Shown in pieces: positions 1-9,700 of a DNA stretch of 32,693 nt. Each line of letters starts with the position of its first letter. Within the stretch, counting starts at the first letter, position 1. Source of the stretch: Pseudomonadota bacterium (GTDB lineage: Bacteria; Pseudomonadota; Gammaproteobacteria; Xanthomonadales; Xanthomonadaceae); contig JANXZP010000087.1 in assembly GCA_025355485.1 (NCBI GenBank), forward strand, positions 1 through 32,693, read 5' to 3'. The notes under the pieces are model-generated. The model was not told the DNA's origin. It did no database searches and was given only the letters and a program-made list of their open reading frames with translations. Position numbers and translations under genes: made by a program.

Positions 1-1479
1 CTCACGGGCAATGCCGATGGTGATGGCTCGGGCACGGTGACCCAGGGGGATGTGCTGACCTACACGGTGACGGCGACCAACAGCGGCAACGTGGTGTTGA
101 GCAATGTGGTGGTGAGCGACAACCTGATCACGCCGAACTCCAAGACCTGCGCAAGCGTGGCGGTGGGCGGAACGTGCGTGCTGGTGGGTACCTACACAGT
201 GACCGCGGCCGATGTGACAGCCGGCTCGGTGACCAACAACGCCAGCGTGACCAGCACCCAGGTGCCGGGTCCGACCGCAGCGACGCCGGTGGTGACGCCG
301 GTGGTGGGCATAGCCGATGTGTACACACTGATATCGATTGCACCGCTCGGGTATGTGGGAGAGCCGATCGCGGGTAATGTGCTCTTTGGCAACCATGGGC
401 CTGATGCTGCTGCGAATGTGGTCTACACCATGCAGTTGCCCGTGGGCTTGGTCGGAGTTGTGTTCGACCAACCAATTACCCCAGCGCCGGTTGCTGCGAT
501 TAATCGAGCGGGACTTGCGATTCCAGTCGGCATGACGTTCACCTACAACCCGGTTACGGGTGTAGTGAACTTCAGTGGCCTTCCGGGCACATTGCCCGCT
601 GGCGCCAGCTTGGGCATGGCGTATCGCTTCACAACTCCGAACCTGAGCCGTTTCCAGGTTTCGAGCCTGATTTCAACGACGACTACGGAGTCGTCGAGCG
701 TCAACAATGCCGAGGCGGCCAGCGCCATCATCCTGCAAGCCGTGCGAGCGGTGACGATCCAGAAGCAGGCTAATGCCGATAACGTCACAGTGGGTCAGTT
801 CGTCCGTTACACGATCGTGGTGCACAACATCGGCAACCTGCCGGCCAATGGCCTGGAACTTGTAGACAGCCCGGCGTCGGGGCTGGAAATCGTGCCGGGG
901 AGCCTGACGGTTGATGACGCCGACCATGCAGGCGTATTGATTCCGGGTAACCCGGTACGTATCACCGGCATCGATGTCGCGGTCGGTGGTACTGCGACCG
1001 TGAGCTATCTGATGCGGGTCGGTGCTGGAATCAGCAGCGGCGAATTGATCAATACCGCGCAGGCATTCATCAACGGAGCTCCGGTCAGCACAGTCGCCAG
1101 TGCCCGTGTCCACACGGGCTCCGATCCGGTGTTCGACCAGTCGCGCATCCTCGGCAAGGTTTTCGAAGACCGCAACGGTAACGGATGGCAGGATCCGGGC
1201 GAGCGCGGAATCCCGGGCGTGCGCCTGGTAACGGTGGAGGGGTTGGTGTCCGAAACGGACGCCGAGGGCCGCTACCACTTCGAAGGTCTCAATCTGTCCA
1301 ACAACGAACGCGGACAAAATTTCATCGTCAAGGTGGATCCAGCGACCTTGCCGAAGGGCAGCGTTTTCACCACTGAAAATCCGCTGATCCGACGCGTGAC
1401 GCCGGCCTTGCCCGTACGGTTCGATTTCGGTGTCAAGTTTCCGACGCCGACGAACGCCGACGATGGAGCGAAACAGTGA
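1..1479 (+). CDS. C-terminal part of a large repeat-rich surface/adhesin-like protein (DUF11-type conserved repeats plus an SdrD-B/Cna-B-like module); the 5' end lies outside the window
   Basis: Frame 1 is open from base 1: LTGNADGDGSGT precedes the GTG listed at 37. The repeat pattern GD.LTYT..v.N.GN..L..V.V.D recurs (GDVLTYTVTATNSGNVVLSNVVVSD; GQFVRYTIVVHNIGNLPANGLELVD), as in TIGR01451/PF01345 repeats. FEDRNGNGWQDPGERGIPGVRLV...TDAEGRYHFEGL resembles the SdrD B-like domain. The composition is Thr/Val/Gly rich. The stop TGA is at 1477-1479. Confidence 0.75.
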   Translation, partial: LTGNADGDGSGTVTQGDVLTYTVTATNSGNVVLSNVVVSDNLITPNSKTCASVAVGGTCVLVGTYTVTAADVTAGSVTNNASVTSTQVPGPTAATPVVTPVVGIADVYTLISIAPLGYVGEPIAGNVLFGNHGPDAAANVVYTMQLPVGLVGVVFDQPITPAPVAAINRAGLAIPVGMTFTYNPVTGVVNFSGLPGTLPAGASLGMAYRFTTPNLSRFQVSSLISTTTTESSSVNNAEAASAIILQAVRAVTIQKQANADNVTVGQFVRYTIVVHNIGNLPANGLELVDSPASGLEIVPGSLTVDDADHAGVLIPGNPVRITGIDVAVGGTATVSYLMRVGAGISSGELINTAQAFINGAPVSTVASARVHTGSDPVFDQSRILGKVFEDRNGNGWQDPGERGIPGVRLVTVEGLVSETDAEGRYHFEGLNLSNNERGQNFIVKVDPATLPKGSVFTTENPLIRRVTPALPVRFDFGVKFPTPTNADDGAKQ

Positions 1480-4400
1480 ACGCGTTTCGCGCAACCGTGA
1501 AAACACGGATGAAGATCCTGGATGCCACGTTGATGGCATTGCTTGGCTCAATGAGCCTTGCCGGGCCGGTACTGGCCGCCGAGGCATCCGGACTGCCATG
1601 CGATGGAGGCACATGCCCTGTCGATGTCGCCCAGACTCAAAAAGCGATGCCGCAAGGCCGGGTCGTCCAGATTAAGCCGACCGGAACATCGCAGGCGACC
1701 GTGCCCGGAAGTCTGCAGGTGCGTCTGGATAACGGCGGACTCATTTGGGCGACCGAGGATCCGCAGCTGACATCACCGAGCCTGACGGTGTCGGCCAATT
1801 CGTTGGCGGCCGTCGAAGGAGGTCGAATCGTGCGCCCGGTGCAATTCGCCAGCGCGAGCAATTACACGGCTTTCATGTCGAGGATCGAGGTGCGCATTTA
1901 TCGCGCTACAGACGTCGACCGCGTCAAGCTGCTCGCCACTGTGCCCCTTCCATTGGCCAATATCGGGCACGCCGAATGGGATGGCGCTACAGGCACGGCC
2001 CAGCAATTCCGTGAAGGCGATGATCTGGTTTTCATCGTGCATGCGGAAGACGCAGCGGGCGATGTCGATGAAACACTGCCGCAAGTCTTGCATCTGGTCC
2101 GCTCGGAAGAACTCGCTCGCCAACAGCAGCAAATCGTGAATTCCGCAGGAGTAGCGCTGAAGGGATTGCCCGATCAGGAAATCCTGGATCGCCAGTTGCT
2201 GGCAAGCAGCCTGATCGGCAATGGCTTGCGCCAGCAGAACATTCCTGTGTACGGATCCCGCGTGCGGATCCGTGGTCAGAACCTGCCGGGCAACGCAAAC
2301 TTCAAGATCAACGGCGAAGCCTATCCGGTGGATCTCGAGCGCAACGTCGCTGCCGAGTTCCTGCTGCCGATCGGCCACCACCACTTCGATCTGGACATCG
2401 TCGAAGCAGGCAAGACCACGAGCCGTCCGTTGGATATCGATGTCTCCGGGAAATATTTCTTCATGGTCGGCCTGGCCGACCTCACGTTGTCGAAAAATGC
2501 GGTCGGTGGTGCCGTGGTGCCGGTGAACCAAGGCGACCGATACGACGAATTTCTGTCCGAAGGCCGACTGGCTTTCTACTTGAAGGGGAAAGTGCAGGGT
2601 AAATACCTGATCACTGCCCAGGCCGACACGCACGAACAGGAAGTACGTGGCTTGTTCAATGGTTTTCTGGATGCGGATGCGCGCGACGTGTTCTGGCGTC
2701 TGGATCCTGACCAGTACTATCCGGTTTATGGCGACGCGTCGACCACGTATCGCGATGTCGACACCCAGGGCCGGCTGTATGTGCGCGTGGATTGGGACAA
2801 GAGCCAGTTGCTCTGGGGTAATTTCCAGACTGGCCTGACCGGTAACGAGTATGCGCAATACATTCGCAGCCTTTACGGTGCGGCGTTGAACTGGCGCAGC
2901 CGTACGGCCACAGTGATTGGCGATCCGAAGCAAGAGGTGCGTGCCTTCGCATCCCAGGCACAAACGGCACTCGGCCATAGCGAATTTCTCGGTACCGGCG
3001 GCAGCCTGTACTACCTGCGTCACACCGATTTGCTGCGCGGTTCCGAGCACGTTGTGGTTGAAGTGCGCGATCGCATCAGTGGTCGCGTCGAGACTACGGT
3101 CGATCTTGCTCGTGGCGCCGACTTCGAGATCGACGAATTGCAGGGACGACTGCTGCTGACGCGACCATTGAGCCAGATCGTTCGCGACAACGTTCCAAGC
3201 ATCATCCGAGACACTCCCCTGGATGGTTTCGAGAACCATCTGCTGGTGGATTACGAATACATCCCCGCTGGCCTGACCACGGGTCAGCTGACTGCCGGGT
3301 TCCGCGGCAAGACATGGCTGGGCGACCACGTCGCGATCGGAGGTACCTACGTCGATGAGAATCGGTCGGGCGACGATTACAGGCTCAGGGGCCTTGATCT
3401 GACTCTTCAGGCTGGCCGCGGCACCTATCTCAAGCTCGAACAGGCGCATAGCGAGGCCACCAACGCTCCGGTTTTCTATTCCGACAACGGTGGACTGAGT
3501 TTCACCCAGCTCAATGCGTCTTCGGGTGCCCGGCGTGATGGCGATGCCCGCAGCGCCGAGGCGCGGATCAATTTCCACGAACTGGGCTGGACCAGCAATG
3601 ATTGGGCCGCTGGCGCCTGGTGGCGCAACGTGGATTCCGGCTTCTCGGTCGCGCGCGCCGATCAGGGCCAGACAATTCGCGAATCAGGTGTTGAGTTCGC
3701 TGGCCAGGTCAATGACAACTTGCGCCTGAGTGGCCGATACAGCGATGCGATGCGAGGACACGACGGGCTGGAGCAGGCGCTGATATTGCTGGAATGGCGC
3801 CCCACCGCGCAGGCAACCTTGAGTGGCGAACTGCGGCGTGTCACCGAAACCATCAATGGGGTGGCGGCCACCGGTTCACTTGCAGCGCTGCGCTATGACC
3901 GACGCTTTGGTTCCTCGCTGGATGTCTACGGTATCGGCCAGGCGACTCTGAGTGATGATCACGGCCGCTACAACGACAACAATGCGGTGACGTTGGGCGC
4001 ACGTTACCTGTTCGGCGGCCTGTCCAACGCGGGAGCCGAGGTAACCAGAGGCAACCGTGGTGACGCGGTGACAGCGAATGCGGAATATTTCCTCAACCCG
4101 CAACATTCCTTCTACGCCGGTTACACCTATTCCAGCGATCCCACCGCAGGCGATGCCTTGTTTGGTACCGGCAAGCCGACAGGCCTGACCTTCGGTCAGC
4201 GTTGGCGAATCTCCAGCCAGGTCAACCTGTTCAACGAAAGCCAGTTCCTCAAGGCGCGCGACTCCAGCGGCGTTGCCCACACACTCGGCATGGATTTTTA
4301 TCCCGGACAGGGCTGGAACCTTGGATTCAACTTGCAGGATGGCAAGCTGGATGCAACCACAGGTGCGGTCGATCGCCATGCGCTGAGCCTGAGCGGCGGC

Positions 4401-5093
4401 CACACATCGCCGGCACTGCAATGGAACAGCAAGCTCGAGTGGCGCCGCGACAGCGGGGCCGAGGATCGCGAGCAGTGGGTCTCTACGAACCGCTTCATGT
4501 ACAAGGTCAACAACGACTGGCAGGTCGCCGGGCGGTTGAACTACAGCAATACCCAGGACCGTAACAGCCCGCAGGCTGACGCACGCTTCATCGAGAGCAA
4601 CATCGGCTTTGCCTACCGGCCGGCGGCGAATGATCGTTGGAACGTGCTTGGCAAGTACACCTATCTTTACGATCTGGGCGCGCTCGGCCAGGACTCGCTG
4701 ACTGATTACGACCAGCGTTCGCAGATCCTCTCGATCGAAGGCATCTATCGCTCTAGTCATCGTTGGGAGTTGGCCGGCAAACTGGCACAGCGTGTCGGTT
4801 CAGCCCGCTTGAGCCGAAATACCGGGCCGTGGTTCGACAACACGGCCGAATTGGCGGTGGTGCAGGTTCGTTACGATCTGGCGTGGAAGTGGGACGCAAT
4901 GGCGGAATATCGCTGGTTGAATACGCGCGAGAGCCAAAGTACGCGTCGGGGTTGGCTGGTCGGGGTGGATCGTCATGTGGGCGATAACTTCAGGATCGGC
5001 CTCGGCTACAACTTCACCCAGTTCAGCGATGACCTTGCCGTGCTCGACTACAACCACAAGGGTTGGTTCCTTAATGCAACTGGATCCTACTGA
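1476..5093 (+). CDS. Very large (1205 aa) predicted outer-membrane beta-barrel protein with an N-terminal signal peptide and a beta-rich periplasmic/N-terminal region; family not recognised
   Basis: The GTG at 1476 overlaps the upstream stop (GTGA), with GGAG at 1465-1468; an alternative ATG lies at 1509. The N-terminus has a basic n-region, then LMALLGSMSLAGPVLAAEA (Sec-type signal, AxA-like cleavage site). The C-terminal ~850 aa show alternating hydrophobic/polar beta-strand texture rich in Y/G/N/D/R. The protein ends ...GWFLNATGSY, with an aromatic terminal residue typical of OM barrels. No TonB plug box or POTRA-like motifs were recognised. Confidence 0.7.
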   Translation: MNAFRATVKTRMKILDATLMALLGSMSLAGPVLAAEASGLPCDGGTCPVDVAQTQKAMPQGRVVQIKPTGTSQATVPGSLQVRLDNGGLIWATEDPQLTSPSLTVSANSLAAVEGGRIVRPVQFASASNYTAFMSRIEVRIYRATDVDRVKLLATVPLPLANIGHAEWDGATGTAQQFREGDDLVFIVHAEDAAGDVDETLPQVLHLVRSEELARQQQQIVNSAGVALKGLPDQEILDRQLLASSLIGNGLRQQNIPVYGSRVRIRGQNLPGNANFKINGEAYPVDLERNVAAEFLLPIGHHHFDLDIVEAGKTTSRPLDIDVSGKYFFMVGLADLTLSKNAVGGAVVPVNQGDRYDEFLSEGRLAFYLKGKVQGKYLITAQADTHEQEVRGLFNGFLDADARDVFWRLDPDQYYPVYGDASTTYRDVDTQGRLYVRVDWDKSQLLWGNFQTGLTGNEYAQYIRSLYGAALNWRSRTATVIGDPKQEVRAFASQAQTALGHSEFLGTGGSLYYLRHTDLLRGSEHVVVEVRDRISGRVETTVDLARGADFEIDELQGRLLLTRPLSQIVRDNVPSIIRDTPLDGFENHLLVDYEYIPAGLTTGQLTAGFRGKTWLGDHVAIGGTYVDENRSGDDYRLRGLDLTLQAGRGTYLKLEQAHSEATNAPVFYSDNGGLSFTQLNASSGARRDGDARSAEARINFHELGWTSNDWAAGAWWRNVDSGFSVARADQGQTIRESGVEFAGQVNDNLRLSGRYSDAMRGHDGLEQALILLEWRPTAQATLSGELRRVTETINGVAATGSLAALRYDRRFGSSLDVYGIGQATLSDDHGRYNDNNAVTLGARYLFGGLSNAGAEVTRGNRGDAVTANAEYFLNPQHSFYAGYTYSSDPTAGDALFGTGKPTGLTFGQRWRISSQVNLFNESQFLKARDSSGVAHTLGMDFYPGQGWNLGFNLQDGKLDATTGAVDRHALSLSGGHTSPALQWNSKLEWRRDSGAEDREQWVSTNRFMYKVNNDWQVAGRLNYSNTQDRNSPQADARFIESNIGFAYRPAANDRWNVLGKYTYLYDLGALGQDSLTDYDQRSQILSIEGIYRSSHRWELAGKLAQRVGSARLSRNTGPWFDNTAELAVVQVRYDLAWKWDAMAEYRWLNTRESQSTRRGWLVGVDRHVGDNFRIGLGYNFTQFSDDLAVLDYNHKGWFLNATGSY

Positions 5094-5257
5094 TCCCGCA
5101 CGTAATTAAGAAGGCGGTCTGTTCGCACCACAGGCCGCATCGTTTGCATTTTTTCGATGCGAAAAGCGGAGCGCGGTTGGCCGCGAGCTGAGACATCCCT
5201 GGTGGTATAGATAGCCAGGGCATATCGAAGCGTCAGAGGATCACCCTGCTACGCGTG

Positions 5258-5413
5258 AAATTTCCCTGCAACTTACTAGTTCAATTCCCTGCACCGAACG
5301 TCTTTCTCAAGGCCGGAATACTGCGTCAGAACTCACTTACGAGAGAGGATTGCACTTCTGAATCAGCGGAATGCTTGAGAATTCCGTGCAAATTTCCCTG
5401 TTGCAGGGAATTT
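5258..5413 (+). repeat. Cluster of five copies of a ~11-nt motif AATT(T)CC(C/G)TGCA in a non-coding spacer; the last two form an imperfect inverted repeat
   Basis: The copies are aaatttccctgca (5258-5270), aattccctgca (5283-5293), aattccgtgca (5380-5390) and aatttccctgttgca (5391-5405). An inverted copy cagggaattt lies at 5404-5413. Confidence 0.5.
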
Positions 5414-5695
5414 GAGCTTGAGGGGAGTTAGGTTCTGACTGGATCCACCACCAACCAATCCAGGCAATGGCGATTCACCGACGATGTCGAGTCGCCATAT
5501 ATAGCGCACGAAATCGCAGCGACGACGCATCGAATCAGCGGCAATGAAGATTGTCTGGCTATGCTCAATGTCGAACGACGCGACATTCGTGACGGTCAGG
5601 TGCCGATTGCGCCGTGTGCGCCGGCTCTTGCCGACAGCGGATGTCCAGCGATGCCGCAGGCGCATTTGCCCGCAAATGGCCGGCACTTCGAGTCG

Positions 5696-5723
5696 AAGCG
5701 GCCTCAGCTTAGAAAGGCCGCTT
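5696..5723. terminator. 9-bp perfect hairpin (AAGCGGCCT / AGGCCGCTT, 10-nt loop) spanning the stop codon of the minus-strand membrane-protein gene; possible terminator
   Basis: The arms are at 5696-5704 and 5715-5723. On the plus strand the stem runs into TTTT (5722-5725). On the minus strand no U-run follows. The functional strand is therefore ambiguous. Confidence 0.35.
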
Positions 5724-6069
5724 TTGCCAAGAGACCGAATCCGATCACGGCCACAGTGGCATGACCTATTACGATGGTCGTCGGTAACAGTCGCTGCTTC
5801 CACTGATAACCGAGAATCAGAAAGGCCCCGCCTGCCGCAGCAAACACCAGCAGCACGATCGCAAGCTGCGCCGACGCTGGCACGCCCACGGTAAGGGCGG
5901 CAAAAATGGCCAACGTCAGACCGGACGCGGCCAGCAGCCCGTGCACCATGGCCATCCAGGCAGGCGGATTAATGTTGGCGAAAAATCGGATGCCGGCCAT
6001 CAGCAAGCCACCGCCGGCAGCTATTGCGAAGATCACCACCGCTGCCTGCAGCATCGTCATGTGATCCAT
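5704..6069 (-). CDS. Small integral membrane protein (about 4 TM helices), function unknown
   Basis: The ATG at 6069 is preceded by GGAGAAGG on the minus strand. The product, MDHMTMLQAAVVIFAIAAGGGLLMAG..., consists almost entirely of hydrophobic helices separated by short loops. The longer ORF reaching 6105 adds an Arg-rich extension and is less likely. Confidence 0.6.
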   Translation of the reverse strand: MDHMTMLQAAVVIFAIAAGGGLLMAGIRFFANINPPAWMAMVHGLLAASGLTLAIFAALTVGVPASAQLAIVLLVFAAAGGAFLILGYQWKQRLLPTTIVIGHATVAVIGFGLLAKAAFLS

Positions 6070-6227
6070 ACGCCTTCTCCAGTCTTGCAGCAAGGTTCTG
6101 CGCAATCAAAGCGATTTCATATACTGATTGAGGTCGAAGGCTTCCGGCTTGCTGAACCCAGCGATTTTCCCGAGTCGTTCACCGCGATCATGGCGTGCGG
6201 CATCTGCATTTTGACGCGCTTGCGCAA

Positions 6228-6464
6228 TCACACCCGGTGCCTGACTTCATTGCGGAAAGCCTCCAGCACAGCATTCATCCCTACTGCATAGCGTCCGCCC
6301 GTCCAGTCGAAATCACGGAACATGTGGAGGCCTTTGTGGCTCGGTTCTGAATCGCTCTCCGCCACGTCGTTATCACGCGCCAGATATCCGCCTTCCGATG
6401 TGAAGGCATCCTCCGCAGCTGCGTAGCGACGGGTGTCCTCTCTGTTGCGAAATTGCATGACCAT
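6228..6464 (-). CDS. Hypothetical 78-aa acidic protein, possibly truncated by a frameshift (see findings)
   Basis: ORF with an ATG at 6464 and a weak AGAGG upstream. The composition looks protein-like (MVMQFRNREDTRRYAAAEDAFTSEGGYLARDND...). No family was recognised. Confidence 0.4.
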   Translation of the reverse strand: MVMQFRNREDTRRYAAAEDAFTSEGGYLARDNDVAESDSEPSHKGLHMFRDFDWTGGRYAVGMNAVLEAFRNEVRHRV

Positions 6465-6772
6465 GAGAAACCTCTGGAGAGCCTGGCTGCGGAAATGGAT
6501 GGCAATTCAAGTGTAGGCACGGAGCAGGGCGTAGTCGGTGCGCTGGCCCACACGGGAGCAGGTCGAAATGCGTGGGCAGCATGCCCATGCGAAATGAATC
6601 GAGCGCCTCGCAATAGCGGATTGCATGAGAAGGAGTCGAGCCGCATTGCGGCCGAGGTGCCTGCCATTCGGGGAATGCCCCGGCATTTGCCCATGACAGC
6701 CGCAGTACATCCACGACATGACACCATCGCCTTGATGGAAGGAACCATTCCAACACGAATGGATGCTGGCAA

Positions 6773-9700
6773 ATGATGGCTGGCCGCGAGGCGATCCTCG
6801 AATCATGGCTACGCCTGCGCAGCGTGTTGCGCGGCAGCCGTCCGACGCGCGAGGACGCGGCGCACGAATTGCCGCTGCGCTCGGAATTGTTCAGCGCCGA
6901 CCAGATGGAGCGCCACGGCCGCGCGTTGGCGCGTTCGCACAAGATCGGCAAAGGCCGCGCGGTCGACCTGCTGCTCGCGCGGCTGTCGTCGAACGAGCAA
7001 TTGCTGGCGCGGGCCTGCGACCTGCTGACCGAGGCGGTGTCGGCGAGCCGACGACTCACGCCTGCTGGCGAATGGCTGCTCGACAACTATTACCTGATCG
7101 AAGAACAAATCCGCACCGCCAAGCGGCACCTGCCGAAAAATTACAGTCGCGAGTTGCCGCGACTCAGCGACGGACCATCGACGGGTTTCCCGCGCGTCTA
7201 CGACATTGCGCTGGAAGCGATCTCGCACGGCGACGGCCGCGTGGATACGGAAAGCCTCAGCCATTTCGTCGCGTCGTATCAATCGGTCGCGCCGCTCACG
7301 CTCGGCGAGTTGTGGGCGATTCCGATCATGTTGCGGCTCGCGCTGATCGAAAACCTGCGTCGCGTCGGCGCCGGTGTGATCGTGGATCGCATCGACCGCA
7401 ACGTGGCCGACGAATGGGCCGACCGGATGACCGAGGTCGCCGATACCGATCCCAAGAACCTCGTGCTGGTGATCGCCGATATGGCGCGCTCGGAGCCGCC
7501 GCAGGCCAGTTCGTTCGTGGCCGAACTTGCGCGCCGATTGCAGGGACACAGTTCGGCGCTGGCGCTGCCATTGACATGGATCGAGCAATGGTTGGGCGAA
7601 TCGGGGCAGACCATCGAGCAACTGGTGCAGGCCGAGAACCAGCAGCAGGCCGCCGACCAGGTATCGATCAGCAACAGTATCGGCAGCCTGCGTTACCTGT
7701 CGGCGATGGACTGGCGCGAATTCGTCGAGACCATGAGCGTGGTCGAACAGGCGCTGCGCGATGATCCAAATGGTGTTTACGCGCAGATGGATTTCGCGAC
7801 GCGCGACCGCTACCGGCACGTTATCGAAGCCCTCGCAAGGCGTAGCGCGATGTCCGAAGCGCAGGTCGCGCGGCAGGCGGTGTTGCTTGCGTACAGGGGC
7901 ATGGCCGGACAAGGCGAGGATGCGGTCGCCGCGCATGTCGGCCACTATCTGATCGGCGATGGGCTGCCGCAATTGCAGGGCGATATCGCGCTCCGCGCAC
8001 GACTGCGGTTGCGGCCGCACCGTCAGTCAGGACGCGTGCCGTTGTGGACGTTCTTGGCGCCGATCGGATTGCTCACGCTCGTGACCGCCGCCGCGTTGCT
8101 ATGGCAGCTGTATGCGGACGGGTGGCCTGGCTGGCCGTTGTGGCTGTTCGTGCTGCCGTGCATGTTGGCGGCGAGCGACCTCGCGTTGGCGCTGGTGAAC
8201 TGGGCAGCGACCCTGCTGGTCGCGCCGTATCCGTTGCCCCGCATGGATTATTCCGAAGGCCTGCCATCGCATGCGCGAACGCTGGTTGTCGTGCCGACGA
8301 TGCTGGGCAATGCCGTCGGTCTGGAGAATCTGGTCGAGGCGCTGGAAGTGCGATTCCTCGCCAACCGCGGGCCGAACATCCATTTCGCGTTGCTTACCGA
8401 TTTTTTCGACGCTTCGCATCAGACCTTGCCGGACGATGCAGCGGTGCTGCAACTGGCGCAGCAGCGTATCGCCGAGCTCAACAACCAATACGCCGATGCG
8501 GCTGGCGAGGATTGTTTCTTCCTGCTGCATCGCCCGCGCTTGTGGAATGAACGCGAGCGGACCTGGATGGGCCGCGAGCGCAAGCGCGGCAAGCTTGGCG
8601 ATCTCAATGCATTGTTGCGCAAAGGCGATAACTCGGCGTTCGCGCTGATCGAGGGCGACGTGCGCGTTCTCGGCAACGTGCGTTACGTCATCACCCTCGA
8701 CACCGATACCGGCTTGCCACGCGATGTCGCACTGGAATTCGTGGGTACTCTCGCGCATCCGCTCAATCGCGCGCGCTGGGACGAACGCGGCGATCGAATA
8801 ACGGGTGGCTATGGCATCCTGCAACCGCGCGTTGGCACGAGCGTGTCGGGTGCGCAGCGTTCGCGATATGCACGGTGGTTCGGCCAGGAACCGGGCATCG
8901 ATCCCTACACGCGCGCCATATCGGACGTTTACCAGGACTTGTTCGGCGAAGGATCGTTCATCGGCAAGGGCGTGTACGAAGTCGAAGCGTTCGAGCGTGC
9001 GTTGGGCGGTCGCTTTCCCGACAACGCGATCCTCAGCCATGACTTGCTGGAAGGCTGTTATGCGCGCTCTGGCCTGGTGAGCGATGCGCAGTTGTACGAA
9101 GACTATCCGGCGCGGTATGCCGCCGATGTCGCGCGCCGACATCGCTGGATTCGTGGCGACTGGCAACTGCTGCCGTGGTTGCGCTTGCGCGTGCGTCGCG
9201 AGGACGGATCGCGTGAACGCAATCCGCTGTCCGCGCTGTCGCGCTGGAAAGTCTTCGAGAACTTGCGTCGCAGCCTGGTTTCCGCGGCACTGCTGTCGCT
9301 GCTGGTCGCTGGCTGGGTCGCGCTGGACAACGCGTTGTGGTGGACGTTGTTGTTGCTCGCGTTGTTGCTGATCGCGCCACTGGCTACATTGATGTCGGCG
9401 CTGCTGCGCAAGTCCGGCGAGTTGCCGCTGCGCATGCACATCGAAGGCATCGCCGATTCGGCAGGGCGGCATGCCGCGAGGGTGGGGCTGCATCTGGCCT
9501 GCCTGCCCTACGAAGCGTGGTTCGCTACCGATGCGATCGTGCGCACGCTATGGCGGTCGTTCGTCACGCGCCGTCACCTGCTGCAATGGGATCCTTCCAG
9601 CGAAGTCGAACGCACCCAGCGGGTCGATCTGGCCGCGTCGTATCGCACGATGTGGTTTGCGCCTGTGTTCGCCACGACGGTCTCGGTATGGGTCTGGCAT

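Noticed and set aside
1476-5093. The idea that the 1205-aa OM protein is the missing PgaA of the pga locus.
   Set aside because: It lies 23 kb away and is coupled to an adhesin gene. Its N-terminal region is beta-rich rather than TPR-like helical, and its size and layout do not match PgaA.
5386-5405. Sigma-54-like look of GTGCA-N10-TTGCA.
   Set aside because: It lacks the invariant GG of the -24 element, the spacing does not fit GG-N10-GC, and there is no downstream gene in the right orientation.
5363-5803. 146-aa minus-strand ORF (and plus ORFs 5544-5894, 5561-5764) in the convergent spacer.
   Set aside because: The composition is Arg/Cys rich, there is no ribosome-binding site, and the minus-strand ORF overlaps the real membrane-protein gene end. 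I treat them as non-coding and flag the spacer itself as a finding.
6281-7086. Minus-strand ORFs 6281-6772 and 6373-7086, and plus ORF 6453-6776, in the region upstream of and overlapping the ndvB start.
   Set aside because: Their translations are Cys/Arg/Ser-rich with no motifs or SD. They overlap each other and the ndvB start, so this is more likely an untranslated promoter/leader region.
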